Origin: Eledone cirrhosa
Lineage: Eukaryota
NCBI GenBank assembly: GCA_964016885.1
Contig: OZ024742.1
Location: forward strand, 244,528,001 to 244,592,000
Direction of reading: 5' to 3'
DNA: 64,000 nucleotides
The position numbers and the translations under genes are program-made. The notes beneath the pieces are model-generated. The model was not told the origin of the DNA. It saw only the letters and a program-made list of their open reading frames with translations, and made no database searches. Below are positions 1 to 14,848 of this stretch, piece by piece; positions within the stretch are counted from its first letter, which is position 1; every line of letters begins with the position of its first letter.

Positions 1-13
1 CTTTGAAAAAAAA

Positions 14-1993
14 ATGGCTAATTCACCACTGCACCAAGCAGCTGAAAGCCTTTCTCACAAATTAACACCTCACACCGACACCACCATTGTAAATGATACT
101 ACGTCTGCCAACACACACAATTTAAGCACTAGCAATATTTTAAATTTGTCTCAGGCAGACATTCATTTCCCGCCATTACCAATGACTGCAGGTGTTAAAG
201 CCGCCACCACCACCACCACCGCGACAACCCCCACCCCCACCACCACCGCGACAACAGAAACAAAAGGAAAAAATAAATCAACTCGTGATGTCGAAATATT
301 TTCAACCAAAATGGACTCTCCCAAACCGAACTTCACTGACGTCACCACCACCACAACTGAAACTAAAATTAATAATAACAAAAATAACGATAGCAACAAC
401 AACAACAATGACATTAAAAAAACCATCCTGAGTTTTGCCAGAGTAGCAAAACAGTGCGAAGCATATACGGTAACTCAGGAGGAATTAGAAAATGCCAAAC
501 AAATGGTAAAGAAAGATGGGTACAGGGTCAGTCCCCCCACCTAATAAAATGGAGCATCGGCGCCTATGCACCGTGTCGTATCGAACAATAAATGTAAAAT
601 CGCGCCGAGTGGAACGGGCATCCGAGTCCCAAATCCAAAAAGCTTTGGGACATGTGTGGGCAAGAAAAACCCACATCATACGTGGGCAGAAGTATGGAAC
701 CGTGGACGTGTTCTTTGAAACACCAGAGGAGGCTAGAGAACACTCCATGGCCCCATTAAGAAGTGACGACTTCACACTCGTCCCAAGCTATTGTGGCCAG
801 AGACTCGTAAAGATCAGGGTGACCACGTTCCACCGGCCATCGAAATTCCCTGGTTAATAGCGGCCGTCCTCGCCGGCATCGAAGCCAACACAAAGATAAT
901 AGCAATAGCAAAAGAAAAGCAGGAGAACTGGTCCGGATCTGGGATGGAGCTCCTGATCCAAGCAGACCAAAAAAGCATTGAGGAGATCCCAGAGGTAATA
1001 GACCTCACTGACGGCAGCCACCTCACCGTAATTGTCGAGGGCAGAAGGCCTAGGTGTGTCGTTTGTGGTGAAGGAACCCACCTAAGGGCTTTCTGCCATC
1101 AGGCTAAAAGGTTGAGGCCACCTCTCCTACCCACCAGTAGTGACACAACCATCAACACCACCAGTAGCAGAGATGGCAGCAACAACTGTAGCAGCAACAA
1201 CAGAAGGAACTATAACAGTAACAACCCCAGCAACAGTAGCAAAACCAACACCACCACCACCAGCAAAACCAACACCACCACCACCCAACGCTTCAGAATT
1301 AATACCAGCGCCTACACCATCCACCACGCCACAACCAAAACTAACGCCTGTGGAGGATTTTCCACTCCCCGGCCTATCACAACTGGAGACAGATTGTGAC
1401 GACGAGGAGTGGGAAACGTTATCAGGAAAAAAAAAAGAAACCAAAAAAGAAAAAATTCTCTTCCTTCCCCCTCCAAAAACAAAATACAGAGGGAAACAAA
1501 TAAATTAACAAACAAAAAAGTTAGGACAGATATGCCACCATCCACACCAGCATCACCAACCCCATCAACCCAAACACCAACACCATCACCATCATTAACC
1601 CCAACACCACCATCACCTACACCACAAAAGTCACCAAAATGCGAAACAGAAACAAACCCACAACAAACGCAAACAAAACAAAACGACCAAAACGATACAC
1701 ACTACACAACATTAAATTTGAACAACAAGCAATTATTACACTACATCCAACACAACACCAGCATCACAGAAAAAGACTACACAACAACCCAAAAATTCAC
1801 ACCACCTCCACACATACAAATCACTCGCATCACACAGAAAACGTACATGACACTAAAACAAAAATTCCCCAAAGACATCGGAGACTTCCGACAAGCACTC
1901 TCCAGGAGGATTTATAAGGACATCCTTCCTGAGGAGGCCACAAGCAGTGAAAAGGATGGAAAAACCGTCCTTCCTCTACGAGAAGTAAGGTAA
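14..1993 (+). pseudogene. Tx1 ORF1 (gag-like nucleic-acid-binding protein), broken by frameshifts
   Basis: Overlapping ORFs 14-544, 516-857, 791-1399, 1140-1508 and 1409-1993. Contains CVVCGEGTHLRAFC (C-x2-C-x4-H-x4-C) and Pro/Thr-rich linkers. Ends 34 nt before the ORF2 ATG. Confidence 0.75.
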
Positions 1994-2027
1994 GTGGTCT
2001 TTCCCATCTTTTCCACTCCTTTTCAAC

Positions 2028-5000
2028 ATGACCTCACTCAGAATAGGCAGCATAAATGCGCGTGGCTTGGAGTCGTCATGGAAGCAGGGCCACCTGCTCA
2101 ACGACCTCAGGTCACTAAACATAGATGTAGTGGCAATCAGCGAGACCAGAATCTCCGAAGCACGGGCCTTCGCACCGATCTTCGGCGGCTACGATGTGTA
2201 CGCATCTCCCAGCCGTCCGGGATCGGGGGGAGGAGCTGCTGTACTTTTTCGGAGAGGTTTGGATCTTGCCATACGGGCCATCTTCCTGGACCCAGAAGGT
2301 AAGTTGGTGGTGCTGGACGTGACCAGCGGAGACGGGCAAGCTTTCAGGTTAGTGGCCGTCTATGCCCCGACAGGAGCAGGGCCGCCTGATTTCTTCCGGC
2401 GTCTAGAGACCTTTCTTGGAACGTCCCGCTCTTTAGTGTTAGTGGGCGACTGGAACGGGATCTTAGATGCACGCTGGGATTGTGTGGGATTAGTGGATAG
2501 GGAAGGAGGGTGCAAGAGTCTCACCAACCTGCTCAGGCGTTTTGAACTGTCTGACAGGTACCGAATGGATTTCCCGAATGTACCAATGTGGACTTGGACA
2601 AATCGCATAGGGTCATCTAGATCATATCTAGATAGAGTATTTTGTAGGGAAATAGATAGGTCTAGCATAGGCTGTCCACAATTCAAGATAGTCAGCTACA
2701 CGGACCACAAATTCGTGATCTGTGTGCTTGACTTAGATAGGCTTCATAGACGAGGACCCGGCTACTGGAAGCTAAACGCGTCCTTACCAGCGCGCAAGGC
2801 CTACAGAGACTGGATTAGCGAACTAGTTAAGCGGGCGTTGACGGGGGCCATCGTAAACAACAAGTGGTGGTTCGCTCTGAAAAGAGCAATTAGAATAGAG
2901 TCCATTAGGTTCAGTAAGGCTTTAGCAATAGAGAAAACTAGAGCAGAGGGAGAATTAGTTAGAAAATTAGACGAGGCGCTTAGCAAAGGCATCGCGACCG
3001 ACGTACTTGCGGCGAAATTGGCCCTTGACCAATTCTTCAATGCAAAGCACGAAGGCTGCGTTGTCAGAGCTAGGGTGCGTGCTCTCAGACACGAGGCGAC
3101 GAAAGCCGTTCAATGGGCCCGAGTGGCAGAGGCGCGTCGTGGCAACAAAGCCACGATCCGGTCTTTGGTGGACCACGAGGGGCGCATGCTACTCGATCCC
3201 GGGCAAATGTGTGAAGCTTTTCAGCGACACTCGCTCAACTGTTCGGGGGCAGTGGCGGGCCGGATCGAGGGATGGTGTCTACCTCGACGGACTGCCGCGG
3301 CTTTCTGCCACTGAGGCGGGGTGTTGCGAAAAGCTGATAACAACCGCTGAAGTACGGGAGGCAATGACTGGCTGCACAAGGGGTAAATCGCCTGGTTTGG
3401 ATGGTCTGCCCTATGAACTTTACGTACAAATGCCAGACTTGTTCGGGGGCCTCTTGGCGGACGTCTACTGCAACTGGCAACAGAACGGGAGAATTCCCAG
3501 CTCTGTGAGCCGAGGAGCGGTGGCGCTGCTGAGAAAGGATCCGAACAAGGGGGATAACATAGATAATTTTAGGCCCATAACTCTGCTAAACACAGAGTTC
3601 AAGATTTTGGCCAAGGTGCTAGCAAAGAGGTTGGCGCTTGTCGTTGGTGGTCTGGTGGGAGAGGCACAGACATGCGCCATTCCCGACAGATCCATCCACG
3701 AGAACCTCCACCTCATGCGATACATCGTGGAGAGGGTAGCCAAGGAACCTGGCACGGGTGGGTCTTTGATCAATTTAGATCAGTCGAAAGCCTCCGATAG
3801 GGTCGACCATCGTTACCTAGCGGCAGTCCTGAGGGCGGCTGGCTTTGGGCCCGTCTTCAGAGGCTGGATCGCTGCCATGCACAGCGACATCTGCTCTGTA
3901 GCGAGAGTGAACGGTCACCTTTCGGAACCGTTCAACATCATGCGCTCGGTCCGCCAAGGATGTCCCCTCTCGTCCCTATTGTACGTATTGACTCTCGAGC
4001 CATTACTGCACAAACTGGAGACGTTGAGGGGGGTCCCGCGCGAACTAGGATGCGGAAGATCCGTGTCAGGATATGCCGGCGATGTCACCGTAGTGGTGTC
4101 GAACGCCAAACACATCGAGGCGATCGGCACTACACTAAGAGAATACGAAGCGGTGACAGGAGCAATGATCAACCAGGAAAAGTCAGTGGGCCTGCAGCTC
4201 GGCACCTGGAGAGGCAGGTCCATGCCGTCCAACAGCGTCGTCGGGCGCTGGACGGACGGACCGGTTAAATTGCTAGGGGTCTGGTTCGGTCCAGACCTCC
4301 AGACGGACAAAAACTGGGACGAGGTGACGAGCAGGGTGGCTTCTCTCACCCAGAAATGGGCCGAGAGAAAGCTATCCCTGAAAGGTCGAGCGGAGGTGGC
4401 GAATGCGTACATCACATCCGTCATCTACTACCGCCTGACCGTCGTACCTTGTCCTAAGCCCCGCCTGACTGCGCTGGAGCGTTTGCTCTTTCGCTTCTTG
4501 TGGAAGGGACGCGCTCCGATGGTCAGGCGGTCCATCTGCTGTCAACACCCGCTACGTGGAGGGCTGGGCATGCCGTGGCTGATGATGCGCAGACACGCGC
4601 TCAGGCTACGACATCTCCACCTCTTCCTCGACGGTGATCAGGTGTGGTCGCCGTTTGCTAGACACGTTTTTCCCCAGCTCGTCTCCTTGACGGAGTTGCA
4701 GTCCTGGGTCAAGCGAAGACCGAGAGGGAGCGCTTGGAGACTGGAATGTCTTCAGGCGCTCACAGCCCTCGACCAATCGGGCAATGTGATCGGTGGAAAC
4801 TCCACCTTGGCGTTCTATAGGGGATTAGTGGAGGGGAAGAGCGACGACGTACTTGGAGAAACTCTAGGCGTCAACGAAAATCAACTAGCCAATCTCTTCG
4901 GAAGGACTTTCGGGCCGGGGCCTATGGACAACTTCCAGAAATCCCTGGCCTGGCAGTGCTACCGGGGAGCTTTGCCAGTTCGGGATAAACTCTACAGGCA

Positions 5001-5439
5001 TGGAGGTGCCGTCAGCCGGGCATGTCCGAGATGCGCACAGGGCGACGAAACCGTCCTGCACGCACTCGTCCAGTGTCCGAGCATTGCTGACTTGTGGGTT
5101 TATGTCGAACACCTGCTGTCACGTGTAGGACGGATCCAGTTATCAGCTGAGTCCATCGTCAGGATTGCCCCGCCCTCTTCCTTTAGCCGGGAAGGGCAGG
5201 CAGTTTTTATCTGTCTGGTGGCCATGGCGAAAGAGATAGTATGGTGGACACGTTTGAAAGGGCTGAAGACGAGCACTTACCTCTTCGGTGATGCCCTGAT
5301 TAACTTTTTCAAATTTCATTTGAAAAGGAAAATCAGGGTAGAGAGGGAAGTGCTCTCTTCCCAGCATTTTGTTGAAAGATGGGTGAGAGAAGCAAGTATG
5401 GCCCGAATGAATGGGCCTACTCTGAGTATATATCTGTAA
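2028..5439 (+). pseudogene. Tx1 ORF2: APE endonuclease, reverse transcriptase, CCHC zinc finger; frameshifted at ~3230-3280
   Basis: APE motifs SINARGL, ISET, VYAP, GDWN, LDRVF, TDHK. RT motifs KSPGLDGLP, NFRPITLLN, SVRQGCPLS. Catalytic YADD reads YAGD and KAFD reads KASD. C-terminal CPRC...HALVQC. Confidence 0.93.
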
Positions 5440-5682
5440 ATTAAAGGTGGAAAACTGGGAGAAGGCACTTGCCCTGGTGGTCAGGGCCACTGTGGTCTTT
5501 TAATGGGCTTTCTACACAAATGTCCCTCGGAAGTCTCCCCCCTATTGGGGAATTTTTCTTTGTTATTTTATTTCATCCTCTGTTTTTTTTACACGCAGAA
5601 ATGCCCATTTGTACCGTCCTGTATTGTCCTGTACTGTCCTTAATGCCTACTTTATGTAAACCCTTGTGGTTAATAAAGAAAA

Positions 5683-5713
<31 letters not shown>

Positions 5714-5715
<2 letters not shown>

Positions 5716-5900
5716 GGGCGGTGGATTGGCAGTATCGGTAGAGGGTCGGACGCCATGCTTTCAAGCATAGTTACGTCCCTTTATGATCTGAGTTCAAATC
5801 CCGCCGAGGTTGACTTTGCCTTTCATCCTTACGGGGTCGATAAAATAAAGTACCAGTAATGCACTGGATAATTGCTGGCCTTGTGCCTAAAGTAGAAACA

Positions 5901-5930
<30 letters not shown>
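5714..5930 (+). mobile_element. tRNA-derived SINE family 1 with (TTA)n tail
   Basis: A-box-like TGGCAGTATCGG, B-box GAGTTCAAATCC and central GCCTTTCATCC..GGGGTCGATAAAATAAAGTACCAG (resembles the Meta/MESC SINE domain, from memory). About 10 copies in the window. Confidence 0.85.
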
Positions 5931-5937
<7 letters not shown>

Positions 5938-8900
5938 GTACAGTAAGTAGTACCATGGTCCAAGATATAGCTAGAATATGGTATTATATCTGTAGCAGTA
6001 ACATGGTCCAAGATATATATACACTATGGTATTATATGTACAGTAATAACATGTTTCAGGACATAGCTACAGTATAGTATTATATGTACAGTAGTAACAT
6101 GGTCCAAGATATAGCTACAGTGTGGTATTATATTTGCAGTAGTAACATGGTCTAAGATATAGCTACGGTATGGTATTATATGTAAAGCAGTAACATGGTC
6201 CAAGATATAGCTACAGTATGGTATTATATGTACAGTAGTAACATGGTCCAAGATATAGCTATAGAGTGGTACTACATGTGTAGCAGTAACATGGTCCAAG
6301 ATATAGCTAGAGTATGGCATTATATGTACAGTAGTAACATGGTCCAGGATATAGCTACAGTATGGTATTATATGTACAGCAGAAACATGGTCCAAGATAT
6401 AACTACAGTATGGTATAATATGTACCACAGTAACATGGTCCAAGATATAGCTAGAGTATGGTGTTATATGTACAGTAGTAACATGGTGCAGGATATAGCT
6501 ACAGTATGGTATTATATGTACAGTAGTAATATGGGCCAAGATATAGCGACAGTATGGTAGTGTATGTAGAGCAGTAACATGGTCCAAAATATAGCTACAG
6601 TATGGTAGTGTATGTACAGCAGTAACATGGTCCAAGATATAGCTATAGTATGATATTATATGTACTGCAGTAACATGGTCCAAGATATAGCTACAGTATG
6701 GTATTATATGTACTGCAGTAACATGGTCTAGGATATAGCTGCAGTAAGCTATTATATGTACATTAGTAACATGGTCCAGGATATAGCTGTAGTATGTTAT
6801 TATATGTACAGCAGTAACATGGTCCAAGATATTGCTACAGTTTGGTATTATATGCACAGTAGTAACATGGTCCAAGATATACCTATAGTATGCTAGTATA
6901 TGTACTGTCGTAACATGGTCCAGAATATAGCTACAGTATGGTATTATATGTACAGCAGTAACATGGTCCAAGATATAGCAACAGTATGGTATTATATGTA
7001 CAGAAGTAACATAGTCCCAGATATAGCGACAGTATGGTATTATATGTACAGTAGTAACATGGTCCATGATATAGCTACAGTATGGTGTTATATGTACAGT
7101 AGTAACATGGTTCACGATATAGCTACAGTATGGTGTTATATGTAGAGTAGTAACATGGTTCACGATATAGCTACAGTATGGTATTATATGTACAGTAGTA
7201 ACATGGTCCAGGATATAGCTACAGTATGGTATTATATGTACAGTAGTAACATGGTCCAAGATATAGCTACAGTATGGCAGTGTATGTACAGTAGTAACAT
7301 GGTCCAAGATATACCTACAGTATGGTATTATATGTACAGCAGTAACATGGTCCAAGATATAGCGACAGTATGGTATTATAGGTACAGTAGTAACATGGTC
7401 CAAGATATAGGTATAGTATGGTGTTCTATGTACTGTAGTAACATGGTCCAAGATATAGCTACATTATGGTATTATATGTAGAGTAGTAACATGGTCCATG
7501 ATATAGCTACAGTATGGTAATATATGTACAGTAGTACACATGGTCCAGGATATAGCTACAGTATGGTATTATATGTACCATAGTAACATGGTCCAAGATA
7601 TTGCTATAATATAGTATTATATGTGTAGTAGTAACATGGTCCAAGATATAGCTACAGTATGGTATTATATGTGTAGCAGTAACATAGTCAAGGATATAGC
7701 TACAGTATGTTATTATATTTACAGTAGTTACATGGTCGAAGATATAGCTACAGTATGGTATTATATGTACAGTAGTAACATGGTCCATAATATAGCGACA
7801 GTATGGTAGTGTATGTACAGTAGGAACATGGTCCATAATATAACGACAGTATGGTAGTGTATGTACAGTAGTAACATGGTCCATAATATAGCGACAGTAT
7901 GGTAGTGTATGTACAGTAGTAACATAGTCCACGATGTAGCTACAGTATGGTATTATATGTACTGCTGTAACATGGACCAAGATATAGCTATAGTATAGTA
8001 TTATATGTTCTGCAGTAGTAACATGGTCCAAGATATAGCGACAGTATGGTATTATATGTACAGTAGTAACATGGTCCTAGTTATACCTACAGTATGGCAT
8101 TATATGTAGTTTAGTAACAGGGTGTAAGATATAGCTATTGTATGGTGTTTTATGCACTGCAGTAACATGGTCCAAGATATAGCTACAGTATGGTATTAAA
8201 TGTTCTGCAGTAACATGACCCAGGATATAGCTACAGTATGGTATTATATGTACTGCAGTTATATGGTCCAAGATATAGCTAAAGTGTAGCAATAACATGG
8301 TCCAAGAGATAGCTACAGTCTGGTGTTATATGTTTCAGTAGTAACATAGTCCACGATGTAGCTACAGTATGGTATTATATGTACAGTAGTAACATGGTCC
8401 AAGATATAGCTACAGTATGGTATTATATGTACTGCAGTAACATGGACCAAGATATAGCTATAGTATGGTATTGTGTGTAAAGCAGTAACATGGTCCAAGA
8501 TATAGCTAGAGTATGGTATTATATGTACAGTAGCAACATGGTCCAAGATATTGCTATAGTATGGTATTATATGTGTAGCAGTAACATGGTCAAGGATATA
8601 GCTACAGTATGGTATTATATTTACAGTAGTTACATGGTTGAAGATATAGCTACAGTATGGTATAATATGTACTGTAGTAACATGGTCTAAGATATAGCTA
8701 CGGTATGGTATTATATGTACAGCAGTAACATGGTCCAAGTTATAGCTACAGTATGGTATTATATGTACTATAGTAACATGGTCCAGAATATAGCTACAGT
8801 ATTGTATTATATGTACATTAGTAACATGGTCCAAGATATAGCTGCAGTAAGGTATTATATGTACAGTAGTAACAATGTCCAAGATATAGCTCCAGTATGG

Positions 8901-11900
8901 TATTATATGTACAGTATTAAGAAGGTCCAAGATATAGCTACAGTATGGCATTATATGTTTAACAGTAACATGGTCCAAGATATAGCTACAGTATGGTATT
9001 ATATGTGTAACAGTAACATGGTCCAAGATATAGCTACAGTATAGTATTATATGTACAGTAGTAACATGGTCCAACATATAGCTACAGTATGGTATTATAT
9101 GTGTAACAGTAACATGGTCCAAGATATAGCTACAGTATAGTATTATATGTACAGCAGTAACATGGTCCAAGATATAGCTACAGTATGGCATTATATGTAG
9201 AGTAGTAACATGGTCCAAGATATAGGTAGGGTATGGTATTATATGTACAGTAGTAACATGGTCCAGGATATAGCTACAGTATGGTATTATATGTACAGTA
9301 GTAACATGCTCCAAGATATAGCTACAGTATGGCAGTATATGTACAGTAGTAACATGGTCCAAGATATAGCTGTAGTATGATATTATATGTACTATAGTAA
9401 CATGGTCCAAGATATAGCTACAGTATGGTATTATATATACTGTTGTAACATGGTTCAGAATATAGCTACAGTATGGTTTATATGTACTGCAGTAACATGG
9501 TCCAAGATATAGCAACAGTATGGTATTATATGTACAGTAGTAACATAGTCCCAGATATAGCGACAGTATGATATTATATGTACAGTAGTAACATTGTCCA
9601 AGTTATACCTACAGTATGGTATTATATGTACAGTAGTAATATGGTCCAAGATATAGCTACAGTATGGTATTATACGTACAGCAGTAGCATGGTCCAAGAT
9701 GTACCTACAGTATGGTATTATATGTACAGCAGTAACATGGTCCAAGTTATAGCTACATTATGGTATTATATGTACTGTAGTAACATGGTGCAGGATATAG
9801 CTACAGTATGGTATTATATGTTCTACAGTAACATGGTCCAAGATATAGTTACAGTATAGTATTATATGTACAGTAGTAACAAGGTCCAAGATACAGCTAA
9901 AGTATGGTATTATATGTACAGTAGTAACATGGTCCAAGATATAGCTACATTATGGTATTATATGTACTGTAGTAACATGGTGCAGGATATAGCTACAGTA
10001 TGGTATTAAATGTTCTACAGTAACATGGTCCAAGATATAGCTACAGTATGGTATTATATGTACAGCAGTAACATGGTCCAAGATATAGCTACAATATGGT
10101 ATTATATGTACAGCAGTAACATGGTCCAAGATATAGCTACATTATGGTATTATATGTACAGCAGTAGCATGGTCCAAGATATAGCTACATTATGGTATTA
10201 TATGTACTGCAGTAACATGGTCCAAGAGATAGCAACAGTATGGTATTAAATGTTCTACAGTAACATGGTCCAAGATATAGCTACAATATGGTATTATATG
10301 TACAGCAGTAACATGGTCCAAGATATAGCTACATTATGGTATTATATGTACTGCAGTAACATGGTCCAAGAGATAGCAACAGTATGGTATTAAATGTTCT
10401 GCAGTAACATGGTCCAAGATATAGCTACAGTATGGTATTATATGTACAGCAGTAACATGGTCCAAGATATAGCTACAGTATGGTATTATATGTACAGCAG
10501 TAACATAGTCCAAGATATAGCTACAGTATGGTATTATATGTACTACAGTAACATGGACCAAGATATAGCTAGAGTAAGATATTATATGTAGAGCAGTAAC
10601 ATAGTCCAAGATATAGCTACAGTATGGTATTATATGTACAGTAGTTACATGGTCCAAGATACAGCGATAGTATGGTATTATATGTGTAGCAGTAACATGG
10701 GCCAACATATAGCTACAGTATGGTATTATATGTACAGTAGTAACATGGTCCAAGATATAACTACAGTATGGTAGTATATGCACAGCAGTAACCTGGTCCG
10801 AGATATAGCTATAGTATGGTATTATATGTACATTAGTAACATGGTCCATGATATAGCTACAGTATGGTATTATATGTACTGCAGTAACATGGTCCATGAT
10901 ATAGCTACAGTATGGTATTATATGTACTGCAGTAACATGGTCCAAGATATAGCTACAGTGTGGTATTATATGTACAGTAGTAACAAGGTCCAAGATACAG
11001 CTAAAATATGGTATTATATGTACAGTAGTAACATGGTCCATGATATAGCTACAGTATGGTATTATATGTACTGCAGTAACATGGTCCAATATATAGCTAT
11101 AGTATGGTATTATATGTACAGTAGTAACATGGTCCAAGATATAGCTACAGTATGGCAGTATATGTACAGGAGTAACATGGTCCAAGATATGGTAGGGTAT
11201 GGTATTATATCTACAGTAGTAACATGGTCCAGGATATAGCTACAGTATGGTATTATATGTACAGTAGTAACATGGTCCAAGATATAGCTACAGTATGGTA
11301 TTATATGTACAGCAGTAACATGGTCCAAGATATAGCTACAGTATGGCAGTATATGTAAAGGAGTAACATGGTCCAAGATATAGGTAGGGTATGGTATTAT
11401 ATCTACAGTAGTAACATGGTCCAGGATATAGCTACAGTATGGTATTATATGTACAGTAGTAACATGGTCCAAGATATAGCTATAGTATGGTATTATATGT
11501 ACAGTAGTAACATGGTCCAAGATATAGCTACAGTATGGCAGTATATGTACAGTAGTAACATGGTCCAAGATATAGCTGTAGTATGATGTTATATGTACTA
11601 TAGTAACATGGTCCAAGATATAGCTACAGTATGGTATTATATGTACTGTTGTAACATGGTTCAGAATATAGCTACAGTATGGTGTATATGTACTGCAGTA
11701 ACATGGTCCAAGATATAGCAACAGTATGGTATTGTATGTACAGTAGTAACATAGTCCAAGTTATACCTACAGTATGGTATTATATGTACAGTAGTAATAT
11801 GGTCCAAGATATAGCTACAGTATGGTATTATACGTACAGTAGTATCATGGTCCAAGATGTACCTACAGTATGGTATTATATGTACAGCAGTAACATGGTC

Positions 11901-14630
11901 CAAGTTATAGCTACATTATGGTATTATATGTACAGTAGTAACATGGTGCAGGATATAGCTACAGTATGGTATTATATGTTCTGCAGTAACATGGTCCAGA
12001 ATATAGCTACAGTATGGTATTATATGTTCTGCAGTAACATGGTCCAGAATATAGCTACAGTATGGTGTTATATGTACAGTAGTAACATGGTCCAAGATAT
12101 AGCTATAGTATGGTATTATATTTATAGCAGTACATGGTCCAAGAGATAGCAACAGTATGGTATTAAATGTTCTGCAGTAACATGGTCCAAGATATAGCTA
12201 CAGTATGGTATTATATGTAATGCAGTAACATGGTCCAAGATATAGCTACAGTATGGTATTATATGTACAGCAGTAACATGGTCCACGATATAGCTACAGT
12301 ATGGTATTATATGTACAGTAGGAACATGGTCCAAGATATAGCTATAGTATGGTATTATATTTATAGCAGTACATGGTCCAAGAGATAGCAACAGTATGGT
12401 ATTAAATGTTCTGCAGTAACATGGTCCAAGATATAGCTACAGTATGGTATTATATGTAATGCAGTAACATGGTCCAAGATATAGCTACAGTATGGTATTA
12501 TATGTACAGCAGTAACATGGTCCAAGATATAGCTACAGTATGGTATTATATGTACAGCAGTAACATGGTCCAAGATATAGCTACAGTATGGTATTATATG
12601 TACTGCAGTAACATGGTCTAAGAGATAGCAACAGTATGGTATTAAATGTTCTGCAGTAACATGGTCCAAGATATAGCTACAGTATGGTATTATATGTACA
12701 TTAGTTACATGGTCCAAGATACAGCGATAGTATGGTATTATATGTGTAGCAGTAACATGGTCCAAGATATAGCTACAGAATGGTATTATATGTACAGTAT
12801 TAACATGGTCCAAGATATAACTACAGTATGGTAGTATATGCACAGCAGTAACCTGGTCCGAGATATAGATATAGTATGGTATTATATGTACATTAGTAAC
12901 ATGGTCCATGATATAGCTACAGTATGGTATTATATGTACTGCAGTAACATGGTCCATGATATAGCTACAGTATGGTATTATATGTACTGCAGTAACATGG
13001 TCCAAGATATAGGTACAGTGTGGTATTATATGTACAGTAGTAACAAGGTCCAAGATATAGCTAAAGAATGGTATTATATGTACAGTAGTAACATGGTCCA
13101 TGATATAGCTACAGTATGGTATTATATGTACTGCAGTAACATGGTCCAAGATATAGGTACAGTGTGGTATTATATGTACAGTAGTAACAAGGTCCAAGAT
13201 ATAGCTAAAGAATGGTATTATATGTACTGCAGTAACATGGTCCAAGATATAGCTACAGTATGGTATTATATGTACAGGAGTAAGATCGTCCAAGATATAG
13301 GTACAGTATGATATTATATGTACAGCAGTAACATGTTCCAACATATAGCTACAGTATGGTATTATAAGTATAGCAATAACATGGTCCAAGAGTAAGCTAC
13401 AGTCTGGTATTATATGTAATGCAGTAACATGGTCCAAGATAGAGATACACTATGGTATTATATGTACAGTAGTAACATGGTCTAAATATAGCTACAGTAT
13501 GTTATTATATGTACTGCAGTAACATGGTCCAAGATATAACTACAATATGGTATTATATGTACAGTAGTAACATGGTCCATGATATAGCTACAGTATGTTA
13601 TTATATGTACATTAGTAACATGGTCCAAGATATAGATACAGTATGGTATTATATATACAGTAGTAACATAGTACCGGATATAACTACAGTATGGCAGTAT
13701 ATGTACATTAGTAACATGGTCCAAGTTATAGCTACAGTATGGCAGTATATGTACTGTAGTAACATGGTCCAATATGTAGCTACATTATGGTATTATATGT
13801 ACAGTAGTTAGATGGTCCTATATATAGCTTCAGTATGGTATTATATGTAGAGGAGTAACATGGTCCAAGATATAGCTACAGTATGGTATTATATGTACTG
13901 TAGTAAAAAGGTCCAAGATATAGCTACAGTATGGTATTTTATGTACATTAGTAACAAGGTCCAAGATATAGCTACAGTATAGTATTATATGTTCTGCAGT
14001 TATATGGTCCAAGATATAGCTACAGTATGGTATTATAAGTGTAGCAATAACATGATCCAAGACATAGCTACAGTATGGTATTATATGTACTGTAGTAACA
14101 TGGTCCGAGATGTAGCTACAGTAGGGTATTATATGTACAGTAGTAACATGTTCCAGGATATAGCTACAGTATGTTATTATATCTGTAACAGTAACATGGT
14201 CCAAGATATCGCTACAGTATGGCATTATATGTACAGTAGTAGCATGGTCCAAGATATAGCTACAGTATGGTATTATATGTACAGTAGTAACATGGTCCGA
14301 GATATAGCTACAGTATGGTATTATATGTTTAACAGTAACATGGTCCAAGATATAGCTACAGTATGGTATTATATGTACAGTAGTAACATGGTCCAAGATA
14401 TAGCTACAGTATGGTATTATATGTACAGTAGTAACATGGTCCAAGATATAGCTACAGTATGGTATTATATGTACAGTAGTAACTTGGTCCAAGATATAGC
14501 TACAGTATGATATTATATGTACAGCAGTAACATGGTCCAAGATATAGTTACTGTATGGTATTATATGTACAGCAATAACATGGTCCAAGATATAGCTAGA
14601 ATATTCCATTATATGTGTAGCAGTAACATT
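5931..14630. repeat. 48-bp tandem satellite, ~180 diverged units
   Basis: Consensus TATGTACAGTAGTAACATGGTCCAAGATATAGCTACAGTATGGTATTA. The 16-aa periodicity of the overlapping ORFs confirms the 48-bp period. Confidence 0.98.
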
Positions 14631-14848
14631 GTTCCAATTGCAGTATCTCTTCACCTTTTTAGTGTTTTCCACTGTTATGTGCTAAAGAAATGCTAGTCAT
14701 TGGGTAGCAATTTTTTTTTTCTTTTGTAAATGTCTAATTGCGAATATAGTCAGCTATTTTTTCATTATGTATATATTCATGGGTGGAAAGCATTTTTCAG
14801 TTGTGTCAGAAACATGGCAACCTTTCTAGTCATAGTGATCTACATGAT

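Larger units (their letters stand above)
1..5684 (+). mobile_element. L1/Tx1-clade non-LTR retrotransposon, near full length, inactivated (ORF1 + ORF2 + 3' UTR)
   Basis: ORF1 has a CCHC knuckle; ORF2 has APE endonuclease, RT and C-terminal CCHC; the 3' UTR has AATAAA at ~5672 followed by (TTA)n. The 5' end may lie outside the window. Confidence 0.93.

Noticed and set aside
3007-5439. Active reverse transcriptase CDS (810 aa)
   Set aside because: Disconnected from the endonuclease by frameshifts, and catalytic YADD is mutated to YAGD.
5931-14630. CRISPR array or repeat-protein gene
   Set aside because: Units are contiguous with no unique spacers, no cas genes are present and the context is eukaryotic. 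Long ORFs follow from the 48-bp stop-free unit and are broken by stops and indels.
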